DNA from: Histomonas meleagridis 2922-C6/04-290x
Taxonomy: Eukaryota > Protista > Parabasalia
DNA length: 64,000 nucleotides
Direction: 5' to 3'
NCBI GenBank assembly: GCA_020184695.1
Contig: JAANOX010000271.1
Location: 186,001 to 250,000, forward strand
In this document: positions 45,577-54,464 of the stretch, one piece after another
Layout: each line of letters begins with the position of its first letter
How positions within the stretch are numbered: position 1 is the first letter of the stretch
Position numbers and translations under genes: made by a program
Notes under the pieces: model-generated
Seen by the model: only the letters and a program-made list of their open reading frames with translations
Database searches by the model: none
What the model was told of the DNA's origin: nothing

Positions 45577-47703
45577 TTATACAATACCAAATCCTTCAGT
45601 CTGTGTTATTGCATCCATAATTTTTTCCTTCATCACATTTTTGCTTTTATATTCTGGTAAAATAAATGTATTAAAGCATGTGTGTGATACAGGTAATCGA
45701 TTAGGATCAGCACCTCGTTGGATAACAATGTTCATATTTCCCAAACCGCCAAGTGGCGCCCTATCGGTGCCCGTTGTAAACTTCAGAAACATCAATTTCT
45801 CTTCTTGAGAAAAGTTCTTAAAAATAGACCAAAACCATTTGACTTCCTTTGATTCAGAAGTATATCCATCAGAATATGTAACACATCTTTGTAATGCATC
45901 CCAATCTAAGACTTCTTCACCACTTACAATTATATCTAATTCTTTCGGCTCCAATAATTTATAAGATGGTTCTTGGCACGCAAATTCAAACCCTTTCTTA
46001 AACCATCGGAATTGTTTCCCAATACTGGTTTTGAGTAAATATTTGACATATGACTTAACATAAAGTTTTGCGTTATCATTCGTAACAAGGACTCCACCCA
46101 TTCCTTCAGCGATTGGAACAGTTTCCATCACTCCGAATCTGTCAATCGTTGTATCAAATGTAAGTTCCAAATCAGATATATCTTGACCATTTGCCCTCAT
46201 ATCGAGAATACTACGTAAACTCTTATAAATGTCAGGGTCAAGTGATGCTAGGTCACTGAGGTTAAGTGGTTTTTTTGGTGTCATTAATTTCTTATACAAA
46301 ACAAGTGGAAATCGGATCGGTAAAACAATAGAATTATGTACAGCAAGTCCAACGATAATACCAGAAATGAAAAATGATTGTTGAGTTTCAAATGTACATT
46401 GTGAAAACCAACAATATTTTTCATTCTTAATCACGAACATACCCATATCTGGTGAAAACAATTGCTCTGCCATTAAATACATATATTCTCTTGATGGACC
46501 ACCAACATCTACAGCAGTTTCACCATCAAATTCAACTTTTAACTTCTTCAAAAATGAAAAAGCATCCTTTCTCATGAATTGATTAATAGAGTCCTCAAGT
46601 AAGTGGTTACGACGTACATGAAGAGTTAAAAACATTGAACTATCATTGATGCGTTGACCGTTTGACGTGAGAACGTTAAGAAGCAATGAGTGAAATGCGA
46701 CAACTCCCATCAAACGATGAGATTCTGTTTTACAGACATCTGATTTAGTTTGTATTGAAAGTGCAAATGGATATGTTAGAATACTCTGAGGCTTATTAGT
46801 ATTAAATATTTCAAGTTCATCTTCAATATCAATTTGTTCATCAATATGATGATTATATAATAATGAAGGTGGAAATGGATCATATTGAAGCTCATTGGCA
46901 GTATGAAGTGTGGATAAAACTTTTAAGTTTTGGAAAATAAATGATGAATGAATTGATGGTTTAGCATTAAGTGCAAAATACATTGATATCGAAAAATGAA
47001 CAGAACCAATTACTTGCCGTAGGAGAAAAGGAAGTTTAGAAAGCCAATTTGTAATATATTTTATAGTATGAGATGGAAATTCTGATATTGTTTTAAGGAT
47101 TGGATTAAGTATTTTTGAGTGACATTGAGGCGTAAGAATAGCAGGGAAGTAAAAAAGAAGAAGAAGTGCTCGAATTTTAGAAAGATCATTATCAATTTCT
47201 GAATCTTTAAGAAGATCATCCTTAATTTTATTGATACAATCAAGAAGAACCGCATTTAATTGACTTATTGATGATATTTTAGATGAAAATTCTTTCATTA
47301 AGTTATCATCAATAGCTGAATTAGAATGTGATAAAGGTTTTTCGTTGGAAAGAAGCATTTCTGAAAACAAAGATATATCATCAAAAATACGTCGAATCCA
47401 AGTGATTACTTCTCGTGTTTTAATACATTGAGTATCAATAAAAAATAATACAAAATTTTTAAATTGTTCATGTATAATTGAAACATTAGGTTCTAAGACA
47501 TGCCTTGGCAAATGGTCACAAATACTTGACTTATTTTGATAAAGGATTGCGTATTTTTTTGCATATGATTTAAGTTCTTCCTTTGAAACTGCCTTTAGAA
47601 TGAAATCTGAACATTTCCTACATTGTATATTTTGACATTTTATTAGGTTGCAACCATTTATAAATTGATATTCAAAGCATTTCATGATGTTTTCTTCATT
47701 CAT
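45577..47703 (-). CDS. HECT E3 ubiquitin ligase, UBE3A-like with N-terminal AZUL-like Cys cluster
   Basis: YQFINGCNLIKCQNIQC; FDGETAVDVGGPSRE; FTTGTDRAP; LPVSHTCFN (catalytic Cys). Confidence 0.93.
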   Translation of the reverse strand: MNEENIMKCFEYQFINGCNLIKCQNIQCRKCSDFILKAVSKEELKSYAKKYAILYQNKSSICDHLPRHVLEPNVSIIHEQFKNFVLFFIDTQCIKTREVITWIRRIFDDISLFSEMLLSNEKPLSHSNSAIDDNLMKEFSSKISSISQLNAVLLDCINKIKDDLLKDSEIDNDLSKIRALLLLFYFPAILTPQCHSKILNPILKTISEFPSHTIKYITNWLSKLPFLLRQVIGSVHFSISMYFALNAKPSIHSSFIFQNLKVLSTLHTANELQYDPFPPSLLYNHHIDEQIDIEDELEIFNTNKPQSILTYPFALSIQTKSDVCKTESHRLMGVVAFHSLLLNVLTSNGQRINDSSMFLTLHVRRNHLLEDSINQFMRKDAFSFLKKLKVEFDGETAVDVGGPSREYMYLMAEQLFSPDMGMFVIKNEKYCWFSQCTFETQQSFFISGIIVGLAVHNSIVLPIRFPLVLYKKLMTPKKPLNLSDLASLDPDIYKSLRSILDMRANGQDISDLELTFDTTIDRFGVMETVPIAEGMGGVLVTNDNAKLYVKSYVKYLLKTSIGKQFRWFKKGFEFACQEPSYKLLEPKELDIIVSGEEVLDWDALQRCVTYSDGYTSESKEVKWFWSIFKNFSQEEKLMFLKFTTGTDRAPLGGLGNMNIVIQRGADPNRLPVSHTCFNTFILPEYKSKNVMKEKIMDAITQTEGFGIV

Positions 47704-47942
47704 TAATGCCCGTTAAGATAGAACAAGAATAATAATAACCGTTCCGAACGAATTCTGGAACCCGTTTAGTTAAGCCGACCAGTTTTTCTAATTTAAATAG
47801 CCAAAGTCAAACATCAAACCGATATCGTCTTATATTAATCTCTGAAAAAGTGGTAACACTTTTCTTTGGAATAATTAACGCACTTTTTTTGAAATATTTA
47901 TGCCGAATTGAATATAAATTTAAATTTTTTGGGGCAGGTTAG

Positions 47943-50900
47943 ATGCTGGATTGTTTCCAGTTAAATTCAGAAGAACGAAATATAGAAACCCTTGAATTTC
48001 CTGTATTCAAACTTATTAGAGATGATGAATCCAAATTACCAGATATTGAAATTTCAACAGGAAATAATATTGATCAATATACAAGAAATTGTAATGATTC
48101 AAGTGCTTATTTTGCTCTTGCTGAACTAATACATATGACTAGATCTAGTTCAGTCAAAAATGACATAATACAATTTTTTATTAATTCAATGAAAAATTCA
48201 CAAGAATTAATGAATTCAATTTCATTTTCAAGGTTAGCATCTGGGGAGCTTAGTGATTTTGAAATTATTCCAGGGATTCATGATACACATTCAACAGATG
48301 ATCGATTTTATGGTTTAATTAAAGCAATTCCAGACATTTATCGGCATGTACCCAACGACAAAATTCGATTATTTCAAATGAATCTTTGTAAAATGCTTGT
48401 AAATTTTTTCCCCACCAATTCCAAAGCATCCAAATCACTTGACATTTTTTTCTTCCGAACATTTAACAGCACCTTACTTGATTTAGTACGTTTATATATC
48501 CATAAGAAGTTATTACAACAAAATGGTAAACTTTTAGCGCAAGAAATTATATTAACATTTATTCAATATATTGTCCCAATTATGTTTCCACATTTAGATT
48601 TACAAAATGTTACTACGCAAACTATATATCATGGATATGTAAATTTATTATTACCAGTTATATCAGAAGCAATCCAATTATTACCTAAGAATAGTTTATT
48701 AATACAACAATTTTGGATCACACTTATAATATTATTTGGTGATATTGTTAACACATTTCCACAATGTACCGATAAGTTAATATTAATTGCAAAACAAATG
48801 GATCCATTACCAATGGTTGCCGGAATAATGAATTATCAAAACGCATTAAAAATGGTCGAATCATTATTTCAAACTATACCACAATTATCGAACATTACAA
48901 GTGTTATAATTGGTAATCGATTTAATCAAATTGTTCCATCAATACCATCTAAGACTATTACGGCGAATTGTAATGTTAAAGAAAGTGTATTATTATATTC
49001 CATTGTCGTACATGAAAAGGTCCGAGCAATGTCTGGTGATTTTTCGACCATTTTTATCTATTTCGAATCAATGTATAATGAAACATTTTCACAATGTTTA
49101 AGTGCAATTATTGTACCATTTTTTAATATCTTTCAAAAAAGTTTATCATTACTTGATTGTGAAGAGAAACAAACAGCTATAAAGAATTTTGCTGTTCGTT
49201 TAATATTAGAATATCATGGATTAAATCCACAATTCTTAGAAATTGTCGAGAATTGTATTGGTCCATTTTTTAATGAGAATTCGGCGATTTTGTTTTCACA
49301 TGAAACTATTTCAGCGTTTGTAAAAAGTTATAATAATATTGAACAAATAGCACCTGATCGATTAGAAAAATATAAAACAATTTTAAGGGAAAAAATTATT
49401 CGTTCATATTATTATTCACCGAATTTATTCTTAGCTTATTTGACCCATTATTTTATTCCTAAAAATGGTCAAATGTTACATAATGATTCATTATCATCTA
49501 TTTCAAAAATCATTGATTTATTACCTAATGATTGTAAAGATGATTTTATTAAATTAATGACTGTTAAACCATATTTTTTATGTATTTCTAGACAAGCTAC
49601 AATTGAACAAATATTACAAAACCAAAGTATTGATGAACGAATAATTTCATTATCTTATAAAATCACAGAAACAGAAAACATTAATTTAATACCAAATTTA
49701 TTATGTTTAAATGCCGAAATTCAATCAATGTTAATATCTTGGTCACATATAGCATCATATAACTCGAATATGTTAAAACATTTAAATGATAATTTAATTT
49801 CTAAATTTGTAATATATGCGAAGAAGTTAAAAGGAATATTTTCAACTAAATATGATGAATCAATAATTAATTTCCAAAAAGCGACACTTAAATTTTTATT
49901 AGAACAATTATATATTGATATAAATATTAATGAAGTAGTAAAAATAATTTCATCAATTTCAGATTTAGATTTAATTGAAGAACCTGGTGCTATATCAGCA
50001 TTATTACATTTATGTTTATTCATTTCAACATTAATTAAGAAAAAGAGTTTTGGATTATTTTTATATGATAAAGCTATTATATTATATATTAAATCATTAT
50101 TAAAAATTATTACATTAAAAACTTCACCAACAATTTTTAAATATATACAAAAAGATGACTTAAAATTATTAATATTAATATTTAATGATATTTCTATTAA
50201 TTTCCAAAAGTTATCATTAAATATTAAAATTGATACCAACAAAATCCTCAATGAATTTTCATGTTCGAATGAATTAGCGCAAATATTAATACGTTTAAAC
50301 AACAATAATAATATGTTAAATATTAATCCAAAGTTATTTGAATCATTACGAAAAATTATATCATTTACATTATATCAATTATATACATTATTTATTGGTT
50401 ATATGTCACCTAATGAAAATCATCCCGAATTAATTGAAATGGAAAAAGTTAATAACGTTGGAGTAATTCGTCTAAATGATGTCATTCCATTAGTTCCATT
50501 ATTTTGGGAATATTGTCCATCAATTATACCAGCAATTTCGGAGATGTTATTATTACCTGATTTAATTACGAATACATTAAATAATTTAATACAAGAATTC
50601 CCTTATAAATTAGCATTTTGTACACGTATAGCTTCTACCATTGGTCGGATTAAAGAAAATGATTTAGTATTATATCAATTATTACCACCTTCAAGTGCTA
50701 TAGTATTATTAGTACCAAAAGTATTAAATAATAAAATGGCTTCTAATTATTTAATACGATGTTTTAAACAATTTAAAGAAGAAGAAATCATTCAATATAT
50801 ACCAAACTTAGTCCAATCATTACGATTTGATAACACTAAATGTTTACGACATTTCTTATATGAATATTGTCAACAAAATGAATTATTTTCACATTATTTA

Positions 50901-52097
50901 TTATGGAATATAAATTGTGAAAAATCAAATGTATCTATACGTGATAGTTTACCATTAATATTACCTAAAGTCGAAGGTAAAATATTAGCAAATATGACTG
51001 AAGAACAACGAGAACATTATGAACATGAAATGGGAATGATAGAAACATTTGATAAAATTAGTCAACAACTTTTACCTATAACACCAGAACATCGTAAAGA
51101 AGAATTAATTAAAAGACTTAATACCATTGAAATCCCAAATGATTTATATATACCGACAAATCCCGAATATAAAATAATATCAATAATTTCATCTGAATCA
51201 ATACCACTTAAATCACATGCCAAAGTACCGATGTTAATTAAATTCCAAGTGATTAAAGATGATAATAATAATAATAATAATTCAACAAATATAAATATTT
51301 CACGTTATCGACCATTACAAAGTTTCGGATGTATCTTCAAAATTCAAGATGACGTACGAATGGACTCAATGATTATCCAATTCATTGATAAGTTTTTACG
51401 TATATTTAAAGAGGCCGGAATTAAATGTTACATGAAACCATATAAAGTTATAGCAACAGGTAATGAACGTGGTGTTATCGAATGTATTACAAACGCAAAA
51501 TCGAGACATGAAATAGGTAAAGAGTTCCCAAAGAAGTTGTTGAGTTATTACGTATATAAATATGGACAAATTGGTACAAGTGAATTTAATAAGGCACAAC
51601 AAAACTTCATATTAAGTATGGCACCATATTCATTATTATGTTATATATTCCAAATTAAAGATAGACATAACGCAAATATTATGATCGATGATGATGGACA
51701 TATATTACATATCGACTTCGGATTCATTTTCGATATTACTCCTGCAGGAGGTATCGAAAAAGCTCATTTTAAACTAACAAATGAAATGGTGGAATTAATG
51801 GGAGGTAGTACAACTGCACCTGAATTTAAACAATTTAAGCAATTATATACTCAATGCTTCATAGCCATTAGATCAAGATTCGATGAAATTGAGGCAATCG
51901 CTAAGCTGATGGTTAACGCTGGTTTTCCATGCTTTACACAAAACTCGTTTGTAAACCTCAGAAAAAGACTCTTCTTGGAACTAAGAGGAGCTGACTTGTT
52001 AAATGCGATAGGAACAACTATCAAAGAAAGTTTGGAATCAAAGACAACTTGGATTTACGACTTCTTCCAAATGACAACTAATGGAACTTATTACTAG
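47943..52097 (+). CDS. Phosphatidylinositol 4-kinase type III (alpha/Stt4-like)
   Basis: YIPNLVQSLRFD (PIK domain), IFKIQDDVRMD, QIKDRHNANIMIDDDGHILHIDFGF. Confidence 0.92.
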   Translation: MLDCFQLNSEERNIETLEFPVFKLIRDDESKLPDIEISTGNNIDQYTRNCNDSSAYFALAELIHMTRSSSVKNDIIQFFINSMKNSQELMNSISFSRLASGELSDFEIIPGIHDTHSTDDRFYGLIKAIPDIYRHVPNDKIRLFQMNLCKMLVNFFPTNSKASKSLDIFFFRTFNSTLLDLVRLYIHKKLLQQNGKLLAQEIILTFIQYIVPIMFPHLDLQNVTTQTIYHGYVNLLLPVISEAIQLLPKNSLLIQQFWITLIILFGDIVNTFPQCTDKLILIAKQMDPLPMVAGIMNYQNALKMVESLFQTIPQLSNITSVIIGNRFNQIVPSIPSKTITANCNVKESVLLYSIVVHEKVRAMSGDFSTIFIYFESMYNETFSQCLSAIIVPFFNIFQKSLSLLDCEEKQTAIKNFAVRLILEYHGLNPQFLEIVENCIGPFFNENSAILFSHETISAFVKSYNNIEQIAPDRLEKYKTILREKIIRSYYYSPNLFLAYLTHYFIPKNGQMLHNDSLSSISKIIDLLPNDCKDDFIKLMTVKPYFLCISRQATIEQILQNQSIDERIISLSYKITETENINLIPNLLCLNAEIQSMLISWSHIASYNSNMLKHLNDNLISKFVIYAKKLKGIFSTKYDESIINFQKATLKFLLEQLYIDININEVVKIISSISDLDLIEEPGAISALLHLCLFISTLIKKKSFGLFLYDKAIILYIKSLLKIITLKTSPTIFKYIQKDDLKLLILIFNDISINFQKLSLNIKIDTNKILNEFSCSNELAQILIRLNNNNNMLNINPKLFESLRKIISFTLYQLYTLFIGYMSPNENHPELIEMEKVNNVGVIRLNDVIPLVPLFWEYCPSIIPAISEMLLLPDLITNTLNNLIQEFPYKLAFCTRIASTIGRIKENDLVLYQLLPPSSAIVLLVPKVLNNKMASNYLIRCFKQFKEEEIIQYIPNLVQSLRFDNTKCLRHFLYEYCQQNELFSHYLLWNINCEKSNVSIRDSLPLILPKVEGKILANMTEEQREHYEHEMGMIETFDKISQQLLPITPEHRKEELIKRLNTIEIPNDLYIPTNPEYKIISIISSESIPLKSHAKVPMLIKFQVIKDDNNNNNNSTNINISRYRPLQSFGCIFKIQDDVRMDSMIIQFIDKFLRIFKEAGIKCYMKPYKVIATGNERGVIECITNAKSRHEIGKEFPKKLLSYYVYKYGQIGTSEFNKAQQNFILSMAPYSLLCYIFQIKDRHNANIMIDDDGHILHIDFGFIFDITPAGGIEKAHFKLTNEMVELMGGSTTAPEFKQFKQLYTQCFIAIRSRFDEIEAIAKLMVNAGFPCFTQNSFVNLRKRLFLELRGADLLNAIGTTIKESLESKTTWIYDFFQMTTNGTYY

Positions 52098-52463
52098 TAA
52101 AATAACTTTTATAATAATTATTTAAAAAAAATATATATAAATGGAAAATTCTATTGAAAAACGCGAATCATCTTGCACTTAAAAACAAATTTATATGATG
52201 CATAGTAAGAATTGTTAACAATTTCATTTTTTAAATTGTTTTCGAAATTAGATATTGCCTTTTTCTCAAAAAATTGATCACGAATTCAATATTAGATTTG
52301 AAAACCGAATACATTTGAATGCACATGTTTAATCGAATGAGATATATAATAAATTGAACCAAGCAAAAATTTTTTATCTCAGCATGCCCAAGTCGACCGT
52401 TAATGCATTGCGGTTATAATGGTTTACAATCGATGGTCACCAACTCTAAAAATATAAAAAAAT

Positions 52464-52535
52464 CTCCGGCTCGGGGAGTCGAACCCCGCTCGCACGGATG
52501 AGAACCGTATATCCTAACCGATGAACGAAGCCGGA
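52464..52535 (-). tRNA. tRNA-Glu (anticodon CTC)
   Basis: TCCGGCT/AGCCGGA acceptor, TACGG-TTCTCAT-CCGTG anticodon arm, CGGGG-TTCGACT-CCCCG T arm. Confidence 0.95.
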
Positions 52536-52648
52536 ACTGAAAACAAATTTCAGTTATTATAAAAAATGATAATCGCTAAATATTTCATTTTTTTTTCATG
52601 TTTAAATTTATTATTAAAACATTATATATATTCACATAAATGTGTTAT

Positions 52649-54115
52649 TTACTTAATCTCTTCGACCTTTGTATAATTCTCCTTTTGTATTGTTGTATCC
52701 TTTGAATGTTCGATAGAAGCATTTACATTCTTTTCTTCTGTTGTGTGCACTGTTCCATCTTCTTTTTGCTCAACAGTTGTATGCACACTCACAGATGCAG
52801 TTGCGGTGCTAACTTCATTCGTTGTAACAGTTGTAACTTCTGTTGATGTCACTTTAACTTGCGTTGCTGCTACGTCCAATGTGTTCTCAGTAGACTTAAC
52901 TTCATCATATACAACTTCGTCATCTTCTTCTCCATTTTCGTCGAGGTCATCAGCATCGAGTTGTAATATGCTACCGAGGAGTGACGCTGTCGCACTGATC
53001 TTTGACTTATTTGACGTTGTGTCATCAGGAACGACACCTTCGGCTGGATCAATTGATACACTACGCTCAGTGACTTCTTCAGACTTATTTGACTCTTCAT
53101 CATCAGATTTGTCATCGGAGCTTTTGGATGCACTTTCGTCAGATTTTTTTGATTCCTCTTCGGATTTATTTGACTCTTCCTTATCACTATTTGTGTCATT
53201 CTCATCAGATTTTTTTGACTCCTCTTCGGACTTCGCTTCATTTTCTTCAGACTTATTTGACTCTTCCTTGTCGCTATCGGCTTCATTTTCATCGGACTTG
53301 TCTGATGCGTCTTTATCGTCTTTTGATGCGCTGACATCTTCAGCGTTTTCTTCTTTCTCTTCTTCCTTAGGTTCCTCATGCTTTTCTTCTTCTTCTTCTT
53401 CAGCAGTTGTTGCCGCATATTTCTCAAATGGAAATTCGATGCGATATGGCATTTGTTTGAGCATTGCAACAACTAATTTCTGAATGCCTTTCCATACAAA
53501 ACCGAGATTTGCTGTGCCAATAGCTGTTTGACCAAAGCGCATTGCAACATCTATGTCTATTTGTGTGCCATTTCTGAACTTAATTACAATTGGACCGTAT
53601 TCATATGGAACTGATACATCAGCAAAACCATCTATCTTGGTGACTTTAGCAATAGCTCCAATGGTTTTAACTCCAAGCATAGGTATAAGGCACTCAATAT
53701 CAAGGTCGATTACAATTTCGGAATCATATTTGATTCCAAGTGTGGAAGTAGCTGTTCCATCTTCTCCATCAATTGTATGTACATCTTGGAAGATTGGTGG
53801 CTTAGATGACATTGAAGCTTCTACAACTGAGATTCTTTGGATTGTGTTTTTTGGATCTGGTTTATATTGTTCGTTGAAAGATTTTTGAAGAATAGTTGGG
53901 AGGTGTGTACTAATGTCTATTCCTTTTAATACATTTTTGAGTATGTGATTCACCCAATGAGCTGTTTCGTCGATTTCTTTTGTTACTGTATTCTTTTCGT
54001 TTTTAACTATTTTGTTCCGATCCTTTGGGAATGGGAAAGCTAGAAGTATAATAATAACAGCAAGGAGTATTGCTATGATGACTCCAAATATGAAAAATAA
54101 AATGGACGAAATCAT
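52649..54115 (-). CDS. N-terminally anchored SMP-like lipid-transfer domain protein with acidic S/E/K repeat tail
   Basis: TM SSILFFIFGVIIAILLAVIIILL followed by ETAHWVNHIL (SMP-like start); SDEN/SNKSEE repeats. Confidence 0.55.
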   Translation of the reverse strand: MISSILFFIFGVIIAILLAVIIILLAFPFPKDRNKIVKNEKNTVTKEIDETAHWVNHILKNVLKGIDISTHLPTILQKSFNEQYKPDPKNTIQRISVVEASMSSKPPIFQDVHTIDGEDGTATSTLGIKYDSEIVIDLDIECLIPMLGVKTIGAIAKVTKIDGFADVSVPYEYGPIVIKFRNGTQIDIDVAMRFGQTAIGTANLGFVWKGIQKLVVAMLKQMPYRIEFPFEKYAATTAEEEEEEKHEEPKEEEKEENAEDVSASKDDKDASDKSDENEADSDKEESNKSEENEAKSEEESKKSDENDTNSDKEESNKSEEESKKSDESASKSSDDKSDDEESNKSEEVTERSVSIDPAEGVVPDDTTSNKSKISATASLLGSILQLDADDLDENGEEDDEVVYDEVKSTENTLDVAATQVKVTSTEVTTVTTNEVSTATASVSVHTTVEQKEDGTVHTTEEKNVNASIEHSKDTTIQKENYTKVEEIK

Positions 54116-54464
54116 TTTCCTTTTTTGACTTCTTGTCAAAATTCATAACGGCTTTCAATTCATTGAAAAGTGGACTGTAACGAACGGAACAAAGCTTGTT
54201 AAAATCGGATGTTGTGAAACAACTTTTTGTAAGATGATTGAGATGAATTTGATCGTTTTTACAAAAGTTGCTTTGTTATGATTGAATCAAAATTGAATGA
54301 AAAATTGTCGAATTTATATTCAAAAACTGAAGGGTTTAGTAAGCCTTTCTGCGGTTGCAGGTTATGATTTAAATAATTATTTTTATATAATGAAGAACCA
54401 ACATCCTAATTATTGACTGTGTAAAGTCTATATTAGTTTATGAGTTTTTTTGATAAGCATATCT